NCBI GenBank assembly: GCA_964392445.1
Contig: CAYMPD010000019.1
Location: 1-22,149 of the forward strand
Direction of reading: 5' to 3'
Source: an uncultured archaeon
GTDB lineage: Archaea; Aenigmatarchaeota; Aenigmatarchaeia; CG10238-14
DNA length: 22,149 nucleotides
The notes beneath the pieces are model-generated. The model saw nothing but the letters and a program-made list of their open reading frames with translations, made no database searches and was not told the DNA's origin. Each line of letters begins with the position of its first letter. Position 1 is the stretch's first letter. Shown here in pieces: positions 8,815-16,818 of this stretch. The position numbers were made by a program, and so were the translations under genes.

Positions 8815-9738
8815 TCAACTTTTTTGATGTTTTCTCTTAAACCACTCAACCGTCTTCCTCAATCCATCTTCAATCTTCCATTCAGATTCCCATTCCAACT
8901 CTTTCTTGATTTTATTATAACTAAGACAACTTCTCACCTGCTCCCCTGGTTTAACTGGACCGTGAACTTCTTTGATAGGTTTACCCAATAACTCAACTAT
9001 CTTTCTAAATAACTCATTAACATTCGTTTCAATCCCAGTGCTTACATTAAAAATTCCATTAGTATTCTTTTCAAATGCTAACATATTTGCTTTAACCACA
9101 TCTTTTACATAAACATAATCTCTTGTCTGCTTACCAGAACCGTTGATGATAGGTTGATCTCCACTAAGTATCTTATCGATGAATATGGCAATTACTCCCG
9201 CCTCGCCTTTCGAGTTTTGCCTGGAACCATAGACATTAGAATATCTAAGTGAAACAAAATCTATACCATGAACTTTTTTGTAAAATTGAAGGTACTTTTC
9301 TATTGAGAGTTTTGCTATACCATAAGGACTAGAAGGTTGCTCTTCTTCTATTTCAGATGTTGGTATCTTAACATCATTACTATAAACCGCCGCTGTTGAA
9401 GAAGAGATTATCTTCCTACTTTTGAATTTCCTCATATTTTCAAGAATATTTAATGTACCTAGGATGTTGGTATTAGCATCGGAAATGGGGTTATTGATAG
9501 ATTTCCTTAAGTCTATTTGAGCGGCTAGATGAAAAACAACTTCAGGTTTTGTCTTTCCAAAAATATCAGAGATATCATCAGTTATATTTCTCTTATAAAA
9601 ATTAGCTTCTGGATTCAAATTATTCCTGTTACCTGCGGATAAATCATCAATAACACTTACTTGATGTCCTTTTTGTATTAATGCATCTACAACATGACTC
9701 CCTATAAATCCAGCTCCACCTGTAACTAGAATTCTCAT
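8815..9738 (-). CDS. NAD-dependent NDP-sugar epimerase/dehydratase (UDP-glucose 4-epimerase-like)
   Basis: ILVTGGAGFIGSH, HLAAQ, SSTAAVY, YGIAK (YxxxK), LRYSNVYG and RDYVYV. Confidence 0.95.
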   Translation of the reverse strand: MRILVTGGAGFIGSHVVDALIQKGHQVSVIDDLSAGNRNNLNPEANFYKRNITDDISDIFGKTKPEVVFHLAAQIDLRKSINNPISDANTNILGTLNILENMRKFKSRKIISSSTAAVYSNDVKIPTSEIEEEQPSSPYGIAKLSIEKYLQFYKKVHGIDFVSLRYSNVYGSRQNSKGEAGVIAIFIDKILSGDQPIINGSGKQTRDYVYVKDVVKANMLAFEKNTNGIFNVSTGIETNVNELFRKIVELLGKPIKEVHGPVKPGEQVRSCLSYNKIKKELEWESEWKIEDGLRKTVEWFKRKHQKS

Positions 9739-9779
9739 TTAGCTCACCAATTATCAATAGTAAGCCTAACTTTAAACTA

Positions 9780-11555
9780 TTAACTCATGAAATACTTACC
9801 CTCTTCTTTCTGTTGTTGATCCAATTGTGAATCTAACTTGTTAGCGCGAGGACGACCAGTGGTTTCATCTCTCCTGAAAGTAACTCCCACTTCCTCCAGG
9901 AACTTGTTAAAAGCATTTTCAACCCTTTCTGGTTCTTCTGCGTGTCCCTTGATTCCAGGTTTTCCCAAGAATACCATAGCTCTGTCAGAAATTTGACTCA
10001 AAAACAGAAGGTCATGATCGATTATTAATGCCGAATTTTCTTGTGTTTCAACCAATCTCCTTACCATTTTTGCCAGATTCAATCTTTGTTCAACATCCAT
10101 AAAAGCAGAGGGTTCATCCAAGAGATAAACATCCGACTTTTGACTCAAAGCTACAGCTACAGCCGTTCTTTGCAACTCCCCACCCGAAAGATTATTAACC
10201 TCTTTTTCAAGCAACTTATCTAAACCTAGAGGACGGAGTATTCTTGACTTGTAATCACCCGTACCAAATTCGCTTGTTGTGGATCTTAGAAGTTCTCTAA
10301 CCGTTCCATCAAAATCAGTTTTGGGGTATTGAGACTTGTAAGAAACCTTAACTTTACCATCTATTTTTCCTTTATCTTGTTTTATTTCCCCCGCTAGGAT
10401 TTTTGCTAGGGTTGTTTTTCCGAGGGCATTAGCACCAAGTATTCCTAGAACTTCTCTTTTGTAGATTTTTCCTTCTATAACTGTTAATTCAAAATCCCCG
10501 AGTTTTTTCTGGATATTATCAAAACTTATTATTTGTTGTATCCCAGACTTTTTCTCGATGAAAGTGGATTCGAAGGTAATAGGTTCAGGTCTTATTCTAA
10601 CGTTGTCTTCCTTGATATAACCATCTAAAAATGCGTTAATACCTACTCTGACCGAGTAAGGACTTGAAATGATACCATAAACCCCAGGAACACCGTAGAA
10701 GATGTGGATATTGTCGGCGAGAAAGTCCAACGTAGCCAAGTCATGATCAACTACCATAACCGACTTATTTTCACATAATTCCTGGATTGCTTTGGATATT
10801 TCTAATCTTTGGAAAACGTCGAGAAAACTAGTGGGTTCGTCAAAGTAATAGATATCCGCATCTTTTGCTAATGTAGCTGTAATCGCAACTCTTTGCAATT
10901 CTCCTCCTGAAATTTTATCGATATCATGGTCAAGGATTCTTTCAATGTCAAATCTTTGGATTAGGTCGTTTAAAATTCCTCTTTCATCGGTCTTATCAAG
11001 AAGTTTGGACACTTTTCCCTTGAAATTGAACGGGATTTTATCAACCCTCTGAAGTTTGTAAGATACTTCCATCTCTTTGTTTTCAAGTTTTTCCAGGTAA
11101 TTTTGAAGTTCTGTACCCCTAAACATTCTTACTACCTCTGACAAATCAGCTTCTTTCTCCTTACCCAGATTAGGTTTCAAATGACCTGATAGGACCTCCA
11201 AAGCCGTAGTTTTACCGAGCCCGTTTGAACCAACAAGTCCAACTATTTTGCCTGGGGTTGGGAATGGAAGCCTGTAAAGAACAAATTGATTCTTACCGAA
11301 CCTATGAATGGGGGCCTCTTCTAACTGTTGAGGGAGATTAACCACATGCAAAGCCTTATAACCCGCTTTATCGCATTTACTCACACATAACCCACAGCCT
11401 ATACACAAACCCTCGTCAATAATCGGAAACCCTGTCTTTTCATCAATAACCACACACTCTTCACCCTTTCTGTTGATCGGGCATACTTTCTTGCAAAGAT
11501 AACCACATTTATCTCTTTTACATAAATCCCTGTTAACTGAAGCTATTCGGGTCAT
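9780..11555 (-). CDS. abce1: ABCE1/Rli1 ribosome recycling ATPase with N-terminal Fe-S domain
   Basis: CX4CX3CX3CP and CX2CX2CX3C cysteine clusters, two NBDs (GSNGLGKTT and GANALGKTT, two SGGELQR signatures, FDEP and LDEP), and the C-terminal TFRRD..TGRPRANK. Confidence 0.98.
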   Translation of the reverse strand: MTRIASVNRDLCKRDKCGYLCKKVCPINRKGEECVVIDEKTGFPIIDEGLCIGCGLCVSKCDKAGYKALHVVNLPQQLEEAPIHRFGKNQFVLYRLPFPTPGKIVGLVGSNGLGKTTALEVLSGHLKPNLGKEKEADLSEVVRMFRGTELQNYLEKLENKEMEVSYKLQRVDKIPFNFKGKVSKLLDKTDERGILNDLIQRFDIERILDHDIDKISGGELQRVAITATLAKDADIYYFDEPTSFLDVFQRLEISKAIQELCENKSVMVVDHDLATLDFLADNIHIFYGVPGVYGIISSPYSVRVGINAFLDGYIKEDNVRIRPEPITFESTFIEKKSGIQQIISFDNIQKKLGDFELTVIEGKIYKREVLGILGANALGKTTLAKILAGEIKQDKGKIDGKVKVSYKSQYPKTDFDGTVRELLRSTTSEFGTGDYKSRILRPLGLDKLLEKEVNNLSGGELQRTAVAVALSQKSDVYLLDEPSAFMDVEQRLNLAKMVRRLVETQENSALIIDHDLLFLSQISDRAMVFLGKPGIKGHAEEPERVENAFNKFLEEVGVTFRRDETTGRPRANKLDSQLDQQQKEEGKYFMS

Positions 11556-11591
11556 AAGTAGTAATTAGTGATTATGAAAGTTTATAAGTAT

Positions 11592-11756
11592 TTAGAAGTG
11601 AATTTTGTTCTTCCTATAATTTTCAAAAAGTGCGTTAATGAATTCCTTTTGTTTTGAACTCCACTCCTCGTTAGATGATCGAAAAATATGATCTACCCAG
11701 ATTCTAGTAAACCTGGATTTCTCCTGAATTAGTTCTTGTTTTAGTTTATCGTCCAT
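11592..11756 (-). CDS. Small hypothetical protein (54 aa), below the ORF-track cutoff
   Basis: MDDKLKQELIQEKSRFTRIWVDHIFRSSNEEWSSKQKEFINALFENYRKNKIHF*, preceded by the SD-like GGGGCGTGAAA and helical, protein-like in composition. Confidence 0.65.
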   Translation of the reverse strand: MDDKLKQELIQEKSRFTRIWVDHIFRSSNEEWSSKQKEFINALFENYRKNKIHF

Positions 11757-11800
11757 TTTCACGCCCCTATAATAATATCTACATCCACGCCTATAATAAC

Positions 11801-12073
11801 CTAAAAAATCTTGTAAGGAATTTCATAATACTCAGAAATTATGTCAACTATCTCTTTCTTCATTTTTGGGTTCAAAGATACTTCTGTCCCATAATGTGTT
11901 GGTTTTGATAAAATTAGGTCTTCTTTTATCATCTCTTCTGCAACTTTTTTTATCTGTTTCGCTTCATGTTTAGGTCTTCCCTTCGATAAATTATCAAAAC
12001 TAGTGTGTTTTCCTCCCCAATATCTGTGTCTCAGGAGTTTGAAAAGAACCCAAGCCCTTAACTTTTAACTCAT
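11801..12073 (-). pseudogene. Small wHTH-like hypothetical gene with an in-frame TAA at codon 3
   Basis: ATG AGT TAA AAG TTA AGG GCT TGG... translates as MS*KLRAWVLFKLLRHRYWGGKHTSFDNLSKGRPKHEAKQIKKVAEEMIKEDLILSKPTHYGTEVSLNPKMKKEIVDIISEYYEIPYKIF*. The 87 codons after the stop are open and protein-like. TATA-like TTTATATT about 22 nt upstream of the ATG. Confidence 0.6.
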
Positions 12074-12117
12074 ATATTAATTTTATTTCTATTAAATATA
12101 AATTATATGTTAAAATA

Positions 12118-12138
12118 ATTTTACAATAAACGTAAAAT
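12118..12138. promoter_or_regulatory. Inverted repeat ATTTTAC-N7-GTAAAAT, candidate operator in the divergent promoter region
   Basis: Perfect 7-bp inverted repeat abutting the TATTTATA box (12138-12145) of the wHTH gene. Confidence 0.4.
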
Positions 12139-12168
12139 ATTTATACTAGTAAACCCACTAAATGGTCT

Positions 12169-12498
12169 ATGGGAGAAGAATCGATACTAATTGAATTGTT
12201 TGGAAAAACACCAGAACTAAGAATGCTGGACTTCTTAATAGAAAATAACATATTCGACTTCACCAAAACAGAAATAGCCGAAGGGTCAGGAATATCAAGA
12301 CCGACCCTGTATAAAGTATGGGAAAAATTAGTAAAAACGGGACTAGTAGTAAAAACAAGAAAAATAAACAGAACTCAGTTGTACAAAATAAACCTAGAAT
12401 CGCCGATAGTCAAAAAACTTATGGAAATGGAAATGAGATTCAGTTTGGAAGGACTTGAAGATGAAGAATATGAATCAAGACCAGTAGGAGTTAGATAA
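12169..12498 (+). CDS. Winged helix-turn-helix transcriptional regulator (ArsR/MarR-like)
   Basis: FTKTEIAEGSGISRPTLYKVWEKLVKTGLV helix-turn-helix and TRKINRTQLYKIN wing. TATA box about 24 nt upstream suggests a leaderless mRNA. Confidence 0.85.
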   Translation: MGEESILIELFGKTPELRMLDFLIENNIFDFTKTEIAEGSGISRPTLYKVWEKLVKTGLVVKTRKINRTQLYKINLESPIVKKLMEMEMRFSLEGLEDEEYESRPVGVR

Positions 12499-12503
12499 GT
12501 CTT

Positions 12504-13004
12504 TTACTCAAAAACTATCTCAGCATCCACACTAAAAATAGATTTAACAATCTTAGAGAATTTTTCGGGTTCTATAGGCAATCTGCCTTCCTCAGAAGAC
12601 GGTATTTTTACCTTATATTGATCTTTTTCCCCGTAAAAGACGTTTATTCCAATTATAGGCGTAGAATAGAATATTTCCTCGACAAAATCCTCAAGTGAAG
12701 ACATTTCAGAAACAACACGAATCTGCTTCCCCAAACTTTTACTTAACCTCTCAGCCATCCCACCATCTTTCCCGATGATTTTTGAGGCATTTTTCCTATC
12801 GGTCATTATCAGAATCATGTTATTACTATTAACCACACGATCAATCTCAGCATCTTTAAGAATCTCGTATTTTTTACTTATCCTATTGAGAAGTCTGAAC
12901 ATTTTGATTTCATCTATTTTAATAAGTTTATCTCCTACTTTTCGCGCGCAGGAGTCACATAAGAGTTCATTCTTCAAACATGCTTTACAGATGGGGAACT
13001 TCAT
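12504..13004 (-). CDS. Archaeal NusA-like KH-domain protein with N-terminal Zn finger
   Basis: CKAC...LLCDSC zinc knuckle and the KH GxxG loop IIGKDGG. Confidence 0.75.
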   Translation of the reverse strand: MKFPICKACLKNELLCDSCARKVGDKLIKIDEIKMFRLLNRISKKYEILKDAEIDRVVNSNNMILIMTDRKNASKIIGKDGGMAERLSKSLGKQIRVVSEMSSLEDFVEEIFYSTPIIGINVFYGEKDQYKVKIPSSEEGRLPIEPEKFSKIVKSIFSVDAEIVFE

Positions 13005-13028
13005 GGGTAATAATTGTGTTTAAAAAAA

Positions 13029-13037
13029 CTTATAAAT
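13029..13037. promoter_or_regulatory. Candidate bidirectional TATA element
   Basis: CTTATAAAT reads TTATAAAT on + and TTTATAAG on -. Its ends are each 25 nt from a divergent ATG (13062 and 13004). Confidence 0.45.
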
Positions 13038-13061
13038 TAATCGAATCGAATTATTCTAATA

Positions 13062-13430
13062 ATGACAAAGAAAAAGAAATTCAGTGATAGTGTGAGATAT
13101 GCTTTAAGAGGTATTGCTCACGGTATATCATCGGAAAGAAACGTTAAAATCCAAGTTTTGATTGGGGTGGTAGTAATATTCCTCGCTGCTTATTTGGGTA
13201 TCTCTAAACTTGAATTTATCCTAATTATCTTCGCAGTCTTCCTGGTTATAATACTAGAACTTGTTAACACGACTTTAGAAAGGCTAATTGACAAAATCCA
13301 TCCCAAGTATGATAAGGATTACGAAAAAATCAAGGATTTGATGGCTGGAGTTGTATTTTTAGGGGGTTTATTGGCTGTTTTGGTTGGGTTTTTGATTTTG
13401 TTTGAGCCTCTGGTTTCTTTGGTTTTCTAG
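13062..13430 (+). CDS. dgkA: Prokaryotic diacylglycerol/undecaprenol kinase family (DgkA)
   Basis: SVRYALRGI..ERNVKIQ, ELVNTTLERLID and KIKDLMAGVV motifs with three TM helices. Confidence 0.88.
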   Translation: MTKKKKFSDSVRYALRGIAHGISSERNVKIQVLIGVVVIFLAAYLGISKLEFILIIFAVFLVIILELVNTTLERLIDKIHPKYDKDYEKIKDLMAGVVFLGGLLAVLVGFLILFEPLVSLVF

Positions 13431-13488
13431 TTTCCGAGAGAATTAAACCTTTTAAATATTCCACTCCAATAATCTAGAGTTGATAATC

Positions 13489-13872
13489 ATGGAAGAGAAG
13501 GTTTTCACAATAAACCTCAGGAAGGAGACTTTAAAGACTCCTAGATATCATAAGTCCAATCGGGCTATTAACATTATCAAGAATTACTTGGAAAAACACA
13601 TGAAAACCGATGACATTACAATAGGATCATCACTTAACGAACAAATCTGGAAAGGGGGAAGTCAACAAATCCCAGCAAAAATCAAGATTAAAGCAATAAA
13701 AACAGACGATGGGAAGGTTACAGCAGAACTATGGGGACAAGTTTTTGAAGAAGAATTTAAACCTGAAACAGAAAAAATTGAAGAGAAAAAAGAGAGTAAA
13801 ACCGAAAAGAAAGAATCTAAATCTGAAAAGAAGACTGAAGAAAAACCTAAACCCAAATCATCCAACAAATAA
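13489..13872 (+). CDS. rpl31e: 50S ribosomal protein L31e with K/E-rich C-terminal extension
   Basis: FTINLRK..TPRYHKSNRAINIIKNYLEKHMK and LNEQIWKGG..IPAKIKIK. The ATG at 13489 is preferred over the TTG at 13480, with TTTAAATA at 13451-13458. Confidence 0.93.
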   Translation: MEEKVFTINLRKETLKTPRYHKSNRAINIIKNYLEKHMKTDDITIGSSLNEQIWKGGSQQIPAKIKIKAIKTDDGKVTAELWGQVFEEEFKPETEKIEEKKESKTEKKESKSEKKTEEKPKPKSSNK

Positions 13873-14049
13873 CGCATACTTTCCTGGCTTATCTATTCCA
13901 AGAACTTCTGCAATTTCACTTTCCTTAGGATCATTGATTATCACAACGCCCTTCCAACTTGCTGATAAATCTTTACTTCCACAATTAGGACATACCTTCT
14001 CGGTGGTAAACATCTTACAATTCCTGCAAACATATTTTCTTTTTGCCAT
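13858..14049 (-). CDS. spt4: Transcription elongation factor Spt4 (RpoE'')
   Basis: CRNC...CPNCGS zinc ribbon, WKGVVIINDP.ESEIA and PGKYAL. Confidence 0.95.
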   Translation of the reverse strand: MAKRKYVCRNCKMFTTEKVCPNCGSKDLSASWKGVVIINDPKESEIAEVLGIDKPGKYALFVG

Positions 14050-14055
14050 TAATTA

Positions 14056-14628
14056 TCACTTCTTAGATTTTTTTGCCTTCTTCTTGGCTTTTTCCTTCTC
14101 TTGTTCTATCCAGTGAAAAGCTCCCAAGTGGGGTTGTCGCATAGTTAAACCAATTTTATTCTCCTTACTGGGTAGCATAGAGACTGAAATAATTCTCGCA
14201 CGTACAGGATCTCCTTCCTTCAGAGTCTTCTTACTCTCTTTACCAAGGAAAATCGAATTCTTCTCATCAAAACTAACATAATCATCCATTAATTGGGACA
14301 CGTGAACCAAACCATCAACCGGCCCAAACCTTATAAAAGCTCCAAATTCAGTGTTATCAATCACGTCTCCAATAACAACTTCATGTGTTTCTGGTTTAAA
14401 AGTAAGTAGTTCAAAAGTCACGGGATAATGAATAGTTGGGTCTTCAGGGAGTATCTTACCTTCCCCTATTTCCTTGATTTTAGTCACAACCAACCCTTTT
14501 CCAAATCTTCTATCCAATTTCTCTTCGTATTTATCAGCTATACTTTCCTTTACAGATTTTTTCAATCCCATACCAAACTTATTTGGGGGAACTTTGATTA
14601 TTGTTTTAATTGCTACTAATCTATACAT
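14056..14628 (-). CDS. rpo7: RNA polymerase subunit Rpo7 (RpoE')
   Basis: IKVPPNKFG, FGAFIRFGPVDGLVHVSQLMDD (S1 domain) and KIGLTMRQPHLG. Confidence 0.97.
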   Translation of the reverse strand: MYRLVAIKTIIKVPPNKFGMGLKKSVKESIADKYEEKLDRRFGKGLVVTKIKEIGEGKILPEDPTIHYPVTFELLTFKPETHEVVIGDVIDNTEFGAFIRFGPVDGLVHVSQLMDDYVSFDEKNSIFLGKESKKTLKEGDPVRARIISVSMLPSKENKIGLTMRQPHLGAFHWIEQEKEKAKKKAKKSKK

Positions 14629-15165
14629 CTATTCACCAAATTTTTCGTTATACATTTTCATGGATTTTTCAATTGTTTTTTTAGCTTCTTCAGCGTTTTC
14701 CCATGATTTTACTTTAACCCATTTACCCGGTTCCAAATTCTTCATAGTTTCAAAAAAGTCTGAAATTTCCTTTCTAACGTGTCCTGGTATATCTCCAATA
14801 TTCTTAATTTCACTGAATCTGGGGTCTTCGGTAGGTATTACAACTAACTTGTCATCTTTTCCCTTCTCATCCTTCATCATCATCAACGCAACCGGCCTCG
14901 CTTTTAATACACACCCAGGGAAAGTAGGATAATTGGTCAAAACTAAAACGTCAATTGGATCTCCATCATCATACCAAGTTTGTGGAAGAAAACCATAATC
15001 TCCCGGATAAAAAACAGCTGAATGTAAAACTCTGTCTAATTTAAATATTCCCTTTTCGTTATCATATTCGTACTTATTACAAGAACCTTTCGGTATCTCG
15101 ATTACAACATTAATTTCATCAGGTGCCTTTTTTCCAATTGGTACATCGTGAAGTAAATTCATCAT
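14629..15165 (-). CDS. ppa: Family I inorganic pyrophosphatase
   Basis: EIPKGSCNKYE, LDRVL, YPGDYGFLPQT, DGDPIDVLV and DDKL. Confidence 0.98.
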   Translation of the reverse strand: MMNLLHDVPIGKKAPDEINVVIEIPKGSCNKYEYDNEKGIFKLDRVLHSAVFYPGDYGFLPQTWYDDGDPIDVLVLTNYPTFPGCVLKARPVALMMMKDEKGKDDKLVVIPTEDPRFSEIKNIGDIPGHVRKEISDFFETMKNLEPGKWVKVKSWENAEEAKKTIEKSMKMYNEKFGE

Positions 15166-15542
15166 CTCATCTCCAAACGTTTTTCCGCTCTTAAATAAAT
15201 TACTTGTATACTTTTATTTTTTAACCTTTTAATTAGTTCTCTATCATTGGTTGCCACTAAAGTATTTTTCTGGTCAGCTAAGTCTACTATTGAGTCGTCT
15301 ACGTTGTTTTTTAGGTCTTTTATTACTTTGATATCATGTTTTTCTATCATTTCTAAACCTATTTTAGCGGCTATAGAGTGCTTTCCTTCCTTATTAGTAA
15401 GTTTCTCTAGTTCTCTACTGACTCCTTCGAGTACGATATATTCCTTCTCTCCCGGTACTAAGTGATCAATTTGGTCAAAAATATCCACTCCAAACTGATA
15501 AGGTATTGTTAAAAAATTAGTGTCTAGTACGATTTTTTTCAT
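15162..15542 (-). CDS. PIN-domain nuclease (Fcf1/Utp24-like)
   Basis: IVLDTNFL, VDDSIV and VATNDRELIKRLK acidic PIN motifs, in the conserved position downstream of aIF2-gamma. Confidence 0.92.
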   Translation of the reverse strand: MKKIVLDTNFLTIPYQFGVDIFDQIDHLVPGEKEYIVLEGVSRELEKLTNKEGKHSIAAKIGLEMIEKHDIKVIKDLKNNVDDSIVDLADQKNTLVATNDRELIKRLKNKSIQVIYLRAEKRLEMR

Positions 15543-15581
15543 GAATTTTATTAGTAGTTGGAATTTTTAAATAAGAAATAT

Positions 15582-16817
15582 CTAACTTTTCAAAACCCCG
15601 TATCCAATTAACCTCCATCTTCCCCTAATCTGACGAGAAATAACGACTCTTTCACCATCATCAGCGCAAATAGGTAGCTTAAGTGTTAACTCAATTCTTT
15701 TATCACCCAATTTTGTAACCATCCCAACAGATCTCCCTGTTCCTACATTAATCATTAAAGCCTCATTCAGACCAATATTCTCCACTTTCATATCCTCCTT
15801 AGCACCAACTACTCTTTCAAGTAAATTCAAATCTAAAGTAATTTTTTCAAGTGTTTTTGGTAGTTTTCCGGGCAAGCCAACTACGCTCCCAACAAGACCA
15901 TCTGCTTTTGTCAATGCAGGATCTAAACCTGTCATTATTCCCAGTAATCCTCCAGCCCCCGCCTCTTCGAGATTTTCTCCAGCCTTTTCCATTGATTTTA
16001 TCTTTGTTGTTATCGGTTCCCAATTATCTTCTACCTTCACACCAGGCTTTAATTGGATTTCCTGACCTTGTTCAAGCTTCCCTTCAATTATCGATCCTCC
16101 AATAACTCCGCCGACTAAAGTCTTAATTTCAGAACCAGGTTTATTAACGTCAAAACTCCTTGCAACATACATCTTAGGATCTTTGGATAAGTCTCTTTTT
16201 GGCGTGGGTATATTTTCTTGGATGGCTTCGATTACATACTCAATATTTACTCTTCTCATCGCCGAAACTGGTATTATTGGAGCATCCTCAGCAATTGTTC
16301 CTTTAACAAAATCCTTGATTTCTTTGTAACTTTCTTTTATTCTCTCCTCATCGATAAGATCAATCTTATTCTGAACAATAATTATGTTTTTTATTCCAAC
16401 TACATCCAAAGCTGTTAAATGTTCACGTGTCTGGGGAGAAGGACATTTTTCATTTGCAGAAATAATAAGTATAGCTCCATCTATCAATGCAGAACCAGTT
16501 AAAACTACGGCCATAAGGCTCTCATGTCCAGGGGTATCAACAAAAGAAACCGTTCTTTGAATCTCACAATCCTCAAAACATTTAGGACATTTTTTATTTG
16601 TACAATAAGACTTGCATTTTTTACAATGGTAGAAGGTTGCATCTGCGTATCCTAGCCTAATCGAAATTCCACGTCTTATTTCCTCAGAATGAGTATCGGT
16701 CATCTTACCTGTTATTGCTTGGGTTAGAGTGGTTTTCCCATGATCAACATGTCCCAATAATCCAATATTAACTTCAGGTATTGTTTTTGGGTTGATTTTT
16801 TTACCGAACTTCATCAC
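15582..16817 (-). CDS. eif2g: Translation initiation factor aIF2 gamma subunit
   Basis: GHVDHGKTT, RGISIRLGY, zinc-binding cysteines, DTPGHE, QNKID, RSFDVNKPG and RWRLIGYG. Confidence 0.98.
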   Translation of the reverse strand: MMKFGKKINPKTIPEVNIGLLGHVDHGKTTLTQAITGKMTDTHSEEIRRGISIRLGYADATFYHCKKCKSYCTNKKCPKCFEDCEIQRTVSFVDTPGHESLMAVVLTGSALIDGAILIISANEKCPSPQTREHLTALDVVGIKNIIIVQNKIDLIDEERIKESYKEIKDFVKGTIAEDAPIIPVSAMRRVNIEYVIEAIQENIPTPKRDLSKDPKMYVARSFDVNKPGSEIKTLVGGVIGGSIIEGKLEQGQEIQLKPGVKVEDNWEPITTKIKSMEKAGENLEEAGAGGLLGIMTGLDPALTKADGLVGSVVGLPGKLPKTLEKITLDLNLLERVVGAKEDMKVENIGLNEALMINVGTGRSVGMVTKLGDKRIELTLKLPICADDGERVVISRQIRGRWRLIGYGVLKS

Positions 16818-16818
16818 C

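Noticed and set aside
9780-11555. ABCE1 variants: GANALGKT Walker A and DHD switch motifs
   Set aside because: Still fits GxxxxGKT, and all catalytic motifs are present. Ordinary divergence.
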